Below, one piece after another: positions 1 through 9,573 of a stretch of 32,000 bases of DNA. The notes under the pieces were generated by a model. The model did no database searches, was not told where the DNA came from, and saw only the letters and a program-made list of their open reading frames with translations. The stretch is taken from the NCBI GenBank assembly GCA_016839025.1, contig JADLKK010000006.1, forward strand, positions 22,706 through 54,705, given 5' to 3'. The stretch's first letter is position 1, and each line of letters begins with the position of its first letter. This stretch comes from Proteiniphilum sp. GTDB lineage: Bacteria; Bacteroidota; Bacteroidia; Bacteroidales; Dysgonomonadaceae. The position numbers and the translations under genes are program-made.

Positions 1-620
1 TTCTCTACCGTATACCGGGTCTTGCAGATCATTTTCTTTTTGCGAACGATGACATGTTTTTCAATAAAGCTCTTTTACCGGACTATTTTTTCAGCAAAGA
101 GGGAATTCCCTATGTCCGGTTAAAAAGGAAATTGCTGAGGAGATGGCACTATCCGTTTAAGCGTATTTTCCGCAAAAAATTGGGACAATATATTTCCATG
201 GTGCTTGAGGGTGCCACTTTTGTGGATCGGAATTTCGGTGTTTTTTACTCGGGAATCCCCCACCACAACGTTGATGCTTTTGTGACCGAGGACTTCCGCC
301 ATGCTGTTGAGGTGGTCTTCAGCGAGCAGGTGGCCGCATCACTGCATAGCCATGTGAGGCAGTATGGAGATCTGCATCGTTCGGCATTTTCCTATTATGC
401 GTTGGCCACCGGAAAAGCAAAACTGAAGTATGTGGGTAGAAAAGAGTCATTGCGGCTGAATATCTACAGACAGCGTTTTCTGCAACGATTAAAGAGGTAT
501 GACCCGGACCTGTTCTGTCTGAATGACAGCCAACGTGTCAGTGATGCAGATCGGACGGCTGTGAGGCCTTTTTTGGAAGAGCTCTTTCCCGAAAAATCCT
601 CATTTGAAAAATCAATCTAA
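1..620 (+). CDS. Stealth-family polysaccharide hexose-1-phosphotransferase-like protein, 5'-truncated by the window edge
   Basis: The frame starting at nt 3 is open. Its translation LYRIPGLADHFLFANDDMFF aligns position-for-position with [20 protein letters not shown] of the neighbouring full-length Stealth paralog and carries the conserved NDD motif. Stop TAA at 618..620. Confidence 0.8.
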   Translation, partial: LYRIPGLADHFLFANDDMFFNKALLPDYFFSKEGIPYVRLKRKLLRRWHYPFKRIFRKKLGQYISMVLEGATFVDRNFGVFYSGIPHHNVDAFVTEDFRHAVEVVFSEQVAASLHSHVRQYGDLHRSAFSYYALATGKAKLKYVGRKESLRLNIYRQRFLQRLKRYDPDLFCLNDSQRVSDADRTAVRPFLEELFPEKSSFEKSI

Positions 621-629
621 CCCGGATTG

Positions 630-1655
630 TTACAATTCAAATGATGATTTCGCAGGAAGGATCGACTGGAATGCCTTTTCCAGCTCCTGCATTACCGTTG
701 CATAATTGCGGATATGGGCATTGTCGTTCAGGCAGATCAACTTGTAACGTTGTTCATGAATTGCCTTGATAGCCTGTTTGGATCTGAGCACGAGCGGGAA
801 CATCCTGGTGTCACGGTAGGTGTTGTAGGGGAGAAAGTTTGAACGGCATATTTGCCAGGTGCGGAACAGTTCCTGGGTATAATCGTCCGGACTGCGAAAA
901 CGGTTCTCAGAAACCTTTGTCAGTTCATTGCCCGCATAATCCCATACCTCTTCGAAGGTCGTCTTGAGATAGGGCTGAGCGTTGTGCGGGGTGATGAGGG
1001 TGACAAATTTGTCGTAGGGCTTCAGCAGGCGGGTGAGCCTGCCTTTCTTCCCGTAGGAGGGGTGAAACCATTTGTCATGGTCGCGTTGGAGTACCTCACG
1101 TTTGTTGAAGCGCTGATTGATGATCCGGATATTGTTTTTCAGGCATTTCGACCACAACCCCATACCTGAATTGTAGCGAAAGGCGGCGATGTCGTTCGGG
1201 ATGCCGTCGTTGAAGAAGCGTTCCTGTGGGAGGTGGTTGATGATGAAAAAGTCGTCGTTGAAATAGACAAAGCGTTCGGCCAGGTCGGGAATCCTGTGGA
1301 GGTAGATCTCGATGAGTGAGGAGTTGAAGACCGGCAGGAATTGTGGTGGGATATAGTCGGAATGATTCACCAGTGACAGCTTGGGATGGTTGGCATTGAG
1401 CCATGAGGGTTTCTGGCCGCAGGTGACAAAGTGAATCTTACGCACCCAGGGGGCAAACTGTTCTACTCCCCTGAACCAATACTTCAGAAAGCCGTAATCC
1501 CTGAAACGGGCCTCCGATACCTCGTTGCGACTGTTGTCGATTCTGCCTGACCAGGTTGCAAAATCCGCTTTCCATTGGGGGTCATCCATGTCGACCCAGG
1601 TGATCACAAAATCGATCTCCATCCTATTTGCTGCTATAAGGTTATTCTTCTTCAT
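630..1655 (-). CDS. Stealth-family (CR1-CR4) capsular polysaccharide phosphotransferase-like protein
   Basis: 341 aa. [15 protein letters not shown] is CR1-like. [20 protein letters not shown] and [31 protein letters not shown] are CR2-like. The ATG at 1655 overlaps the gltX stop (ATGA). An alternative ATG lies at 1622 (MEIDFVITW). Confidence 0.85.
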   Translation of the reverse strand: MKKNNLIAANRMEIDFVITWVDMDDPQWKADFATWSGRIDNSRNEVSEARFRDYGFLKYWFRGVEQFAPWVRKIHFVTCGQKPSWLNANHPKLSLVNHSDYIPPQFLPVFNSSLIEIYLHRIPDLAERFVYFNDDFFIINHLPQERFFNDGIPNDIAAFRYNSGMGLWSKCLKNNIRIINQRFNKREVLQRDHDKWFHPSYGKKGRLTRLLKPYDKFVTLITPHNAQPYLKTTFEEVWDYAGNELTKVSENRFRSPDDYTQELFRTWQICRSNFLPYNTYRDTRMFPLVLRSKQAIKAIHEQRYKLICLNDNAHIRNYATVMQELEKAFQSILPAKSSFEL

Positions 1656-3166
1656 GCGAGACGTTGCACAGCTTGCCGCAGCCTGCGGATCGTCTCCCTT
1701 TTTCCTATCAGTTCCGTGATCTGGAACATATGGGGCCCTTTACCGGCACCTACCACTGCCAGGCGGAAGGCATTCATCACATTTCCGGTATGGTAGCCGT
1801 TATGCTGGATCCACTCCATTACCGTTTTCTCCTGTATGGCTGCGGAGAAGTCATCCATAGTTTCAATCAGTGATGCCAGTTCATTCATCTGTGCGGGAGT
1901 CTCCTCTTTCCATCGTTTGCGCACCGTCTTTTCCTCATAGCTGAGGGGAGCCTCAAAGAAATAGGATGACTGCTCCCACAGTTCGTGTGCGAAGTGGATG
2001 CGTTCTTTCACCAACTCCACCACACGGGAAACAGTCTCTTTCGGAGCATCGATTCCTCTTTGCCGGAGCTCATCCGTGAAAGAGTCAGCCAAGAGGCTGT
2101 TGGGCATGCTGAGGATGTATCGGTGGTTGTACCATTTGGCCTTCTCCAGGTCGAACCGTGCACCGCTTTTGCTACAACGCTCAAAGGAGAAAGCTGCCGT
2201 GAGTTCTGCGAGCGTGAAGAGCTCTTGTTCCGTGCCGGGATTCCATCCCAGAAATGCCAGGAAGTTGATTACCGCTTCAGGCAGGTAACCGCTCTCCCGG
2301 TAACCGGTTGAACGTTCCCCACTCAGGGGATCCCTCCACTCCAGGGGAAAGACGGGGAAGCCGAGACGGTCACCATCGCGCTTGCTTAGCTTACCGTTTC
2401 CTTCCGGTTTGAGTAACAGGGGCAGGTGCGCGAAACGGGGCATGCTCTCCTCCCAGCCAAGGCTCTGGTAGAGCCACACGTGCAGCGGTGCCGACGGAAG
2501 CCATTCCTCGCCACGGATCACATGGGTGATCTCCATCAGGTGGTCATCCACTACGTTGGCCAGGTGGTAAGTGGGCAACTCGTCGGCCGACTTGTAGATC
2601 ACCTTGTCGTCGAGTACCGAGGAGTTGATCACCACATCGCCGCGGATCAGGTCGTGTACCACAATATCCCTGCCCGGTTCTATTTTGATGCGTACCACAT
2701 ACTGTGTTTTGCCCTGTATCAATGAGTCGGTTTCTTCCTTTTTCATTGTGAGGCTGTTGCGCATTTGCATCCGGGTGGAGGCATCATACTGAAAATTCTC
2801 TTTCGCGGCGCGTTGTGCCTCCAACTCTTCAGGTGTGTCGAAGGCGATGTAGGCTGCTCCCTTTTCCAACAGCTGATGCACATGCTCCTTGTATATCTCC
2901 TTGCGCTGTGACTGTTTGTAGGGGCCATATTTGCCGCCCTGCCGGGGACTCTCGTCGAAAGGGAGTCCCAGCCAGTCGAATGTCTCCTGGATATACTCCT
3001 CGGTACCGGGTACAAACCGTGTGGTGTCGGTATCCTCGATGCGCAGGATAAAAGATCCCCCCCGCTGCCGGGCAAACAGGTAATTGTAGAGGGCGGTGCG
3101 TACCCCACCGATGTGGAGAGGCCCGGTAGGGCTGGGGGCAAAACGTACTCTTGGTTTTTGTTGCAT
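1652..3166 (-). CDS. gltX: Glutamate--tRNA ligase
   Basis: 504 aa. It has the class I HIGH motif ([14 protein letters not shown]), a KMSKS-type motif (GKLSKRDG) and an ILRIEDTD segment. Confidence 0.97.
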   Translation of the reverse strand: MQQKPRVRFAPSPTGPLHIGGVRTALYNYLFARQRGGSFILRIEDTDTTRFVPGTEEYIQETFDWLGLPFDESPRQGGKYGPYKQSQRKEIYKEHVHQLLEKGAAYIAFDTPEELEAQRAAKENFQYDASTRMQMRNSLTMKKEETDSLIQGKTQYVVRIKIEPGRDIVVHDLIRGDVVINSSVLDDKVIYKSADELPTYHLANVVDDHLMEITHVIRGEEWLPSAPLHVWLYQSLGWEESMPRFAHLPLLLKPEGNGKLSKRDGDRLGFPVFPLEWRDPLSGERSTGYRESGYLPEAVINFLAFLGWNPGTEQELFTLAELTAAFSFERCSKSGARFDLEKAKWYNHRYILSMPNSLLADSFTDELRQRGIDAPKETVSRVVELVKERIHFAHELWEQSSYFFEAPLSYEEKTVRKRWKEETPAQMNELASLIETMDDFSAAIQEKTVMEWIQHNGYHTGNVMNAFRLAVVGAGKGPHMFQITELIGKRETIRRLRQAVQRLA

Positions 3167-3257
3167 ATGGTTTGATATCTTATACCGTTTCCTACAGTCG
3201 CTTCCCTCGCAATATCATAGTACCGGGAGACTGTTCTGGGTCTGTTGTTATCATCTG

Positions 3258-3265
3258 CAAAGATA
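3258..3265 (-). promoter_or_regulatory. Bacteroidota -7 promoter box TAtcTTTG, candidate gltX promoter
   Basis: Exact TAnnTTTG on the minus strand, about 92 nt upstream of the gltX ATG (3166) and just downstream of the WbqC stop. Confidence 0.45.
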
Positions 3266-3284
3266 GGGAAAAAGGTCCAACCTG

Positions 3285-3923
3285 TCAACCTGTCTCAATC
3301 TGCCTGAGTACCAGACGTGCTTCATTCCCCATGTTGAAAAGCAGGTCGATGATGCTCAGGTGGGGCATGAAGCCGTTTTTATCGGCAAAGACCTGGTAGT
3401 AGGGAGGGATACGGAAAGGTGAACTTCTCTTCGGGTGGATCACCTCTCTGTAATCATCCATTTCGGCGGGATTAGCCACGAAAGTTGAGGAGGTGGTGAT
3501 CGCTGTCTCAATCCCGATCAGGCGGCAGATAAGCATGCGGAGCTCTTCGTTGAAGTCGTGAAGATACCGCTGTTTCTTTTCGTAGAAGGGGCGGAATGCA
3601 TCTTCGTAAAACAGAAAGAAGGGGGTGGAGCGGTATGCTGAGGTGATTGCGTTCCAGTGCAGAGACTGCCAGTTGCCATGGTCGGCAATCCGGACATCCC
3701 TCATGGTTGCGTTCTCCCTTGTCGGCTTTTCTACCGGAACGGTGAGGGTAAGCATTCCATTTGCACCGGCAATGTGACAACGATTCCTGTAGCTCCGTTT
3801 CTGGTAGTTGCCGCATACCTCAATCACCACCTCTTCCCTTCGGAAGAAGAGGCCGTAATACTCTGCCGGTGCCAGGTAACAGGAGGAGAGCAATACCGGT
3901 CGTTCTCCCACATCCCGGTTCAT
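3285..3923 (-). CDS. WbqC-family protein (function unknown, polysaccharide-associated family)
   Basis: The ORF-track ORF is 3285..3980. I place the start at ATG 3923 (MNRDVGERPVLLSSCYLAPAEYY), which overlaps the lepB stop as ATGA. The family call comes from motifs YQKRSYRNRC, GNWQ..HW..I..AY..TPFF and LSIIDLLFN. Confidence 0.75.
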   Translation of the reverse strand: MNRDVGERPVLLSSCYLAPAEYYGLFFRREEVVIEVCGNYQKRSYRNRCHIAGANGMLTLTVPVEKPTRENATMRDVRIADHGNWQSLHWNAITSAYRSTPFFLFYEDAFRPFYEKKQRYLHDFNEELRMLICRLIGIETAITTSSTFVANPAEMDDYREVIHPKRSSPFRIPPYYQVFADKNGFMPHLSIIDLLFNMGNEARLVLRQIETG

Positions 3924-5389
3924 GCCGGTATGCGTGCACTGCGGAACAGCCTGTTCCAGCGAATCTTTCCGTTGAACCACCCTTTGTCCTTTTCCAGCGA
4001 GAGCCAGATGAGCATCGGCTTGCCCACGATATGATCCTCAGGCACGAAACCCCACACCCTTGAATCGGCTGAGTTGTGGCGGTTGTCTCCCATCATGAAG
4101 TAGTAATCGAAACGAAAGGTATAGGCATCAACCTCTTCGCCGTTTATAAATACCTTGCCATCGCGGTAGGCAAACTCATTGCCTTCGTAGTTCTTGATAC
4201 AGCGTTCATAGGCGGCTACCTTGAAGGGTATCTCACTGTCGAAGGTGATGGTCTCCCCCTTTTTCGGGATCCAGAGTGGACCAAAGGTGTCGCGTGACCA
4301 TCCTGTGTCGTATGTGAGCGGATAGTAGTAACTCATGCCTGGCTGTTCCTTTTCCTTGATGATGTTCCATACGAATGGCTTGTTATTCAGCTGCTTCACC
4401 ATCTCGTCGGTGAGAGGAATGCTGTAGTAGACTCGTCCATTATTGCCATGGCGGGGTTGCAAGCCGAACATGGCAAGGCTGAGACTGTCCACCCCGGTCA
4501 GATCCTGCGAACGGGCCACTATCTGCCCATAGTTGTCCTGTGTGGCATAATCAGCTTTGTTGATGCCCAGCTCCTCGAAGAGTTCCGTAGAGATGGCGGT
4601 ACCGTCGGTATGGATCATGTAATTGTGCTGTGAAAAGCGGGGGTTGGGAAGGTAGCTGCCATCGATGAAGACACTGTCGTTGCGCAGGGCAATGGTTTCA
4701 CCCGGCAGGCCGATGCATCGCTTCACATAGTTCTCCCTGCGATCGACCGGCCGGTAGACGATCTCGCCATAGGTGCGCCGGTCGGATCTCACGCCCGTGC
4801 TACCGTTGGAATTTAGCTTTGAGAGGGTGTAGAAGTCAACACCCTGCATGTTGAGCGCCACCGTATCGCCGGTGGGGAAGTTGAAGACTACGATGTCGTT
4901 CCGTTCCACATTGCCGAATCCCTTCAGCCGTTTATAGCCCCACTGTGGTTTCTCGATGTAGGACTTGCCGCCCACCACCGGCATGGTGTGCTGTGCCAGC
5001 GGGAAGGAGAGGGGGGTGATGGGGGCCCGTGGGCCGTAGCTCAGCTTGCTTACCGCCAGAAAGTCACCCACCAGCAGTGATTTCTCGAGTGAGGAGGTGG
5101 GTATCTGGTAGTTCTGGAAGAAGAAGGTGTTGATGAAATAGACCGCCACGAGTGCGAAGAGAATGGCATCCACCCATTCCATGGTTTTGCGGAAGCTGCT
5201 GTTCTTCGATTTTTTCCAGAAGGACCAGGGGATGAACTTGGTGATGTAGATGTCAAGGAAGAGAAAAATGAATAACAGTATCCAGGGTGATCCGGCCCAG
5301 AACGAGAAGAGCAGGGTTGCGGCAACCCAGACGGCAACCCAGAACCATTGGTGTCTGTCTGCCGATGTAATACGTTGTTTGAAAGTCAT
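3920..5389 (-). CDS. lepB: Signal peptidase I (S26), long Bacteroidota form
   Basis: It has N-terminal TM segments, a Ser-box region IPTSSLEKSLLVGDFL, a Lys box YVKRCIGLPGE, and GDNRHNSADSRVWGFVPEDHIVGKP. The ORF-track start at 5398 is TTG. The first ATG is 5389 (MTFKQRI). Confidence 0.92.
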   Translation of the reverse strand: MTFKQRITSADRHQWFWVAVWVAATLLFSFWAGSPWILLFIFLFLDIYITKFIPWSFWKKSKNSSFRKTMEWVDAILFALVAVYFINTFFFQNYQIPTSSLEKSLLVGDFLAVSKLSYGPRAPITPLSFPLAQHTMPVVGGKSYIEKPQWGYKRLKGFGNVERNDIVVFNFPTGDTVALNMQGVDFYTLSKLNSNGSTGVRSDRRTYGEIVYRPVDRRENYVKRCIGLPGETIALRNDSVFIDGSYLPNPRFSQHNYMIHTDGTAISTELFEELGINKADYATQDNYGQIVARSQDLTGVDSLSLAMFGLQPRHGNNGRVYYSIPLTDEMVKQLNNKPFVWNIIKEKEQPGMSYYYPLTYDTGWSRDTFGPLWIPKKGETITFDSEIPFKVAAYERCIKNYEGNEFAYRDGKVFINGEEVDAYTFRFDYYFMMGDNRHNSADSRVWGFVPEDHIVGKPMLIWLSLEKDKGWFNGKIRWNRLFRSARIPA

Positions 5390-5414
5390 AGTGGTCAATT
5401 CTTACTGTATGCGT

Positions 5415-6134
5415 TTATAATGAGCCCAGCAAATCGTTCATGCCGAGAAAACCCTTTTTTCCCCTGGTGAACTCGGCTGCAAGTACCGCTCCAAGCGCAA
5501 GGCCACTGCGGTTTTTCGCTTCATGGGTGATGCGAATGGCATCACACGCCGATTCGTAGATCACTGTATGGATACCGGGTACCTCGCCTTCGCGAAATGC
5601 TTCGATGGGCAGCTCCCCGGAGCCACCCTCCTCTCCTGAGACCCACTGTTCTTTACGATCCAGCTGTTCAATAATTCCCTCCGCCAGGGTGATGGCGGTG
5701 CCACTGGGGGCATCAAGCTTGTGTATATGGTGGGTCTCCTCCATTCGGACGTCATAATCGGGATAACGGTTCATCAACTTTGCCAGGTAACTGTTCAGTG
5801 CAAAGAAGATGTTCACTCCCAGGCTGAAGTTAGAGGCATAGAAGAAGGTTCTTCCATTTTTTTCACACTCTTCCCTGATCTCATCCAGATGAGCCAGCCA
5901 GCCAGTGGTTCCCGACACAACAGAGACTCCGGCCGCGAATGCCCGTTTGTAGTTCTGCAATGCGCTCTGTGGTGAGGTAAACTCAATCGCCACCTCGGCG
6001 CTGGCGAATGGGGGAGAGTAGAACTTCTCCTCTTCTCCTATGTCGATGGTGCATACGATCTCATGACCTCTTTCCCGTGCGATCCGTTCGATCTCATGGC
6101 CCATTTTCCCATACCCTATCAGTGCTATTTTCAT
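5415..6134 (-). CDS. dapB: 4-hydroxy-tetrahydrodipicolinate reductase
   Basis: MKIALIGYGKMGHEIE forms the Rossmann N-terminus and EETHHIHKLDAPSGTA is the signature. The start is set at ATG 6134, 46 nt downstream of a -7 box. The longer ORF-track N-terminus has no homology-like features. Confidence 0.95.
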   Translation of the reverse strand: MKIALIGYGKMGHEIERIARERGHEIVCTIDIGEEEKFYSPPFASAEVAIEFTSPQSALQNYKRAFAAGVSVVSGTTGWLAHLDEIREECEKNGRTFFYASNFSLGVNIFFALNSYLAKLMNRYPDYDVRMEETHHIHKLDAPSGTAITLAEGIIEQLDRKEQWVSGEEGGSGELPIEAFREGEVPGIHTVIYESACDAIRITHEAKNRSGLALGAVLAAEFTRGKKGFLGMNDLLGSL

Positions 6135-6179
6135 TTGTCCTATCTTTTTTCTGGTATGCCGGATATACCGGGTAACCGA

Positions 6180-6187
6180 CAAAAATA
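6180..6187 (-). promoter_or_regulatory. -7 promoter box TAttTTTG, candidate dapB-lepB-wbqC operon promoter
   Basis: Exact TAnnTTTG on the minus strand, 46 nt upstream of the dapB ATG. Confidence 0.5.
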
Positions 6188-6202
6188 CAAAATAAATGGA
6201 TA

Positions 6203-6221
6203 CAGCAGGTTTCCCTGCCTG
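6203..6221 (-). terminator. Putative intrinsic terminator after the SDR gene
   Basis: The minus strand reads caggcagg-gaaa-cctgctg, a 7-bp stem with one bulged C and a GAAA tetraloop. It lies about 28 nt after the stop at 6250 and is followed by a T-rich tract (tatccatttattttgtattttt). Confidence 0.4.
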
Positions 6222-6249
6222 GAAATTCATTCCTCAGCCGGAGACAAGG

Positions 6250-7263
6250 TCAAAGCCACCCTTCCTTCCTGTACCATTCGGTAGTCATCCGAACCCCCTC
6301 TTTCAATTTCCATCGCGGAGTGAAACCGATATCCTCCCTGAGAGGCCCGATATCGCAGGACCAGTTTCGTTGCTTCATGATCAGGTACTTATCGCTGTTG
6401 AAGGTGGCTGTTCTGCCCATCAGTGCTGCGACCTTCTCACTCAGAATCGCAGCCGGCCTCACCAGCCAGAGCGGGATCTTCAGCCGGATGACCCTCTTCT
6501 TACCCAGCACCTCCTGTACGGTGGCATTGAACTCATTGTCAGTGTAGCTGTCGCCGTCGGCCAGGAGATAGCTTTTCCCTCTGATTCCTTTTTCCAGGAG
6601 AGTGAAGATTGCCTCTGCCAGATCCTGGCTGTGGATAAAGGTAAGTAGCTGTTTCCGGAAGCCGGCACCCACGCTCAGACCTTTTTTTACCGCCTTGATC
6701 AGAATCAGGTAATCTTTGTCGCGTGGTCCGTATACGCCTGTGGGGCGGATGATCAACCAGGGGAGGGTTGTCTGACTCATCAGATATTGCTCCGCTTTCA
6801 GCTTGCTCTTCCCGTAAGCTGTGTTGGGATGCGGTATGCTGTTCGCGCAGAACGGCTCGTATCCCTTCTCGTCTCCCGGGCCCATCACACTCAGTGAGCT
6901 GAGCAACACGAAGGTGCCGGTGAGTGCTCCTGTTTTCTGCAGTGCTTCAGCCAGGTGGCGGGTATAGCAGTAGTTGACCCTGTCGAAATCCTCTTTCCGA
7001 CGTGCTTTGGTGAGGCCGGCGACATGAATCACCGCATCAAAGCTCCCCGCACTGTTCATCTCTTCCCGGAGTTGCCTGGTGAGCTTCTCGGGATCGCCAT
7101 AATGCAGATCGATCAGACGCAACCGTTCATCCTGCAGGTAACGGAGGCTACTGCCGGAGCGGATACCTGCCCAGGTCTCATATCCCAGTGCAAGTGCCCT
7201 CGCGACGATCGTACTGCCAATAAATCCGCTGGCACCGGTGATCAGAATTCTTTTTTTCTCCAT
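6250..7263 (-). CDS. NAD-dependent epimerase/dehydratase (extended SDR) family protein
   Basis: It has the GASGFIGS glycine-rich NAD motif and a YGKSK catalytic YxxxK. The start is set at ATG 7263 (MEKKRILITG), 21 nt downstream of a -7 box. Confidence 0.85.
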   Translation of the reverse strand: MEKKRILITGASGFIGSTIVARALALGYETWAGIRSGSSLRYLQDERLRLIDLHYGDPEKLTRQLREEMNSAGSFDAVIHVAGLTKARRKEDFDRVNYCYTRHLAEALQKTGALTGTFVLLSSLSVMGPGDEKGYEPFCANSIPHPNTAYGKSKLKAEQYLMSQTTLPWLIIRPTGVYGPRDKDYLILIKAVKKGLSVGAGFRKQLLTFIHSQDLAEAIFTLLEKGIRGKSYLLADGDSYTDNEFNATVQEVLGKKRVIRLKIPLWLVRPAAILSEKVAALMGRTATFNSDKYLIMKQRNWSCDIGPLREDIGFTPRWKLKEGVRMTTEWYRKEGWL

Positions 7264-7283
7264 TGCTTTTCTGTTCTGTTGTA

Positions 7284-7291
7284 CAAAAATA
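7284..7291 (-). promoter_or_regulatory. -7 promoter box TAttTTTG for the SDR gene
   Basis: Exact TAnnTTTG on the minus strand just upstream of ATG 7263. Confidence 0.5.
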
Positions 7292-7345
7292 GTGATATCT
7301 GCATGAATTCCCTTCTTCTCACCTGTTCTGATCATTTTTTTTTAT

Positions 7346-7353
7346 TACCTTGC
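7346..7353 (+). promoter_or_regulatory. Imperfect -7-like box TAccTTGC, possible rnr promoter
   Basis: The box departs from TAnnTTTG. It follows a T9 run (7335..7343) and lies about 50 nt upstream of the rnr ATG. Confidence 0.3.
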
Positions 7354-7404
7354 GTTAACTAAAAAGAGGCTCAATTGTTCTACATAGAAACCAACAGAGA
7401 TATT

Positions 7405-9549
7405 ATGAGTAGAAAAACAACGATCTCTTCCGCTGAAGGCAAGCCAAGGAAGAAAGAACTGATTACATCCGTCACCCAATTTCTCACAGAAAACAACGAC
7501 AAGCAATACAATTACAAACAGTTAGCGGCAGCTCTCAATATCCGGGGGGAAGTGGGGAGGCAACAGCTGATCAAGGTGCTGGACAAGCTGCGCGATGATG
7601 ATGTGCTGCTGGAGACTTCCCGCGGCAGGTATCGGATCAACAACCGTGGACTGATGCTGGAGGGACGCTTCGAGAGACGGAGCAATGGCAAGAATTTTTT
7701 TGTACCCGATGACGATGCAAACATTATCTACATACCCGAACGGAACAGCAAGCATGCCATGAATGGCGATCGTGTGCGGGTGCAGCTGCTGGCCAAGCGT
7801 AAGCGTGCCGATACCGAGGGCACCGTGGTGGAGATACTGGAGCATACACAGAGCCGGTTTGTGGGGATACTGGAGGTGCAGAAGCATTTTGCCTTCTTGG
7901 TGATGGATAGCAAATATCTCTCGAACGACATTTTCATCCCGAAGGAAGATCTCAACGGTGCCGGCAACGGTGACAAGGTGGTGGTAGAGATCGTGGAATG
8001 GCCGGAAAAAGCCAACAACCCGGTGGGTAAGGTGATGGATGTCCTGGGTAAGCCGGGAGAGAATGACACCGAGATGCACGCCATCCTGGCACAGTATGAC
8101 CTGCCTTACAGGTATCCGGCGGAGGTGGAGAAGTATGCCGAAAAAATCTCCGACAGGATCAGCAGTGAGGAGATTGCCCGGAGGGAAGATTTCAGGGATC
8201 TGTTCACCATCACCATCGACCCCAAGGATGCGAAGGACTTCGATGATGCGCTCTCCCTGCGACAGCTCTCCCCCAAGGAATGGGAGGTGGGTGTTCATAT
8301 CGCCGACGTGACCCATTATGTGAAGCCGGGTGATCCGGTGGACCGGGAGGCGGTGAATCGTGCCACCTCCATCTACCTGGTCGACCGTACCATCCCGATG
8401 TTGCCGGAGCGTCTCAGCAATGGCCTTTGCTCATTGCGTCCCCAGGAGGAAAAGCTATGCTTCTCCGTGATCTTTACCCTCAATGACCAGGCACAGATCA
8501 AACAATCACGTATCACCCGCACGGTAATCAGGTCCGATAGCCGCCTCACCTATGAGGATGCCCAGGCAGTGATTGAGACCGGCAAGGGAGATTTTTCTAC
8601 CGAGATCCTGCGCTTGAACGACCTGGCCCGACAGCTGCGCGAGCGGCGATTTGCCGCGGGAGCGATCAACTTTGAGCGATATGAAGTGAAGTTTAATCTC
8701 GACGAGAAGGGCAAACCACTGGGTGTCTACTTCAAAGAGTCGAAGGAGGCCAACCACCTGATTGAGGAGTTTATGTTGCTGGCCAACAAGACAGTGGCAG
8801 AAGCGATTGGCAGGGTTCCCAAGGGTAAGCAGGCACGCTCCTTTGTCTATCGGGTGCATGATGTCCCCGACCCGGAAAAGCTGGATACACTGAACAGCTT
8901 CATCCTCCGCTTCGGCCACAAGATCAAGCCGGAAGGAACCAAGACCGAGGTGGCCAAAAGTATCAATGCCCTACTCGATAAGGTGCAGGGACGGCCTGAG
9001 GAGAATCTGATTGAGACCATCGCCATCCGCACCATGTCGAAAGCGATCTATTCCACCAAGAATGTGGGGCACTACGGACTGGCGTTCGATTATTACACAC
9101 ACTTCACCTCGCCCATCCGGCGTTACCCCGATATGATGGTGCACCGTTTGTTGGAGCATTATCTGGCTGAAGGCAAGAGTGTGAACCAGGGAGAGCTGGA
9201 GGAGGAGTGTAAGCACTGCTCGCAGATGGAGCAGGTTGCTGCCAATGCCGAACGGGATTCCATCAAGTACAAGCAGGTGGAGTTCATGGCGGATAAGATT
9301 GGCCGGGTGTATGACGGGGTGATCTCCGGTATCACCGAATGGGGTCTCTATGTGGAGATCAACGAGAATAAGTGTGAGGGTATGATTCCGATCCGGGAGC
9401 TGGACGATGATTTTTACGAGCTGGACGAGAAGAACTACCGCCTGGTGGGACGACGTACCAAAAGGGAGTACCGTCTCGGTCAGCCGGTCTCGATCCAGGT
9501 GGCGCGTGCCAACCTCGACCGCAAGCAGCTCGATTTCACCTTTGCCTGA
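7405..9549 (+). CDS. rnr: Ribonuclease R
   Basis: It has an RNB catalytic region (FTIDPKDAKDFDDALS, IYLVDRTIPMLP) and a C-terminal S1 domain (GVISGITEWGLYVEINENKCEGMIPIREL). The ORF-track start at 7375 is TTG. The first ATG is 7405 (MSRKTTISS). Confidence 0.95.
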   Translation: MSRKTTISSAEGKPRKKELITSVTQFLTENNDKQYNYKQLAAALNIRGEVGRQQLIKVLDKLRDDDVLLETSRGRYRINNRGLMLEGRFERRSNGKNFFVPDDDANIIYIPERNSKHAMNGDRVRVQLLAKRKRADTEGTVVEILEHTQSRFVGILEVQKHFAFLVMDSKYLSNDIFIPKEDLNGAGNGDKVVVEIVEWPEKANNPVGKVMDVLGKPGENDTEMHAILAQYDLPYRYPAEVEKYAEKISDRISSEEIARREDFRDLFTITIDPKDAKDFDDALSLRQLSPKEWEVGVHIADVTHYVKPGDPVDREAVNRATSIYLVDRTIPMLPERLSNGLCSLRPQEEKLCFSVIFTLNDQAQIKQSRITRTVIRSDSRLTYEDAQAVIETGKGDFSTEILRLNDLARQLRERRFAAGAINFERYEVKFNLDEKGKPLGVYFKESKEANHLIEEFMLLANKTVAEAIGRVPKGKQARSFVYRVHDVPDPEKLDTLNSFILRFGHKIKPEGTKTEVAKSINALLDKVQGRPEENLIETIAIRTMSKAIYSTKNVGHYGLAFDYYTHFTSPIRRYPDMMVHRLLEHYLAEGKSVNQGELEEECKHCSQMEQVAANAERDSIKYKQVEFMADKIGRVYDGVISGITEWGLYVEINENKCEGMIPIRELDDDFYELDEKNYRLVGRRTKREYRLGQPVSIQVARANLDRKQLDFTFA

Positions 9550-9573
9550 TCAATTCCCCAACTTCCGTTCAAT

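Noticed and set aside
2743-3288. A 181-aa ORF spanning the gltX 5' end and its upstream region
   Set aside because: It is out of frame with gltX on the same strand and rich in Pro, Ser and Arg, with no motifs. It would require the gltX leader to be coding.
7522-8316. A 264-aa antisense ORF inside rnr. Similar long antisense ORFs occur at 21416..22285, 23173..24063, 27013..27711 and 14463..14996.
   Set aside because: Each is fully embedded opposite a gene with strong homology-type motifs. None has a promoter box or a plausible start context, and all have shadow-ORF composition.
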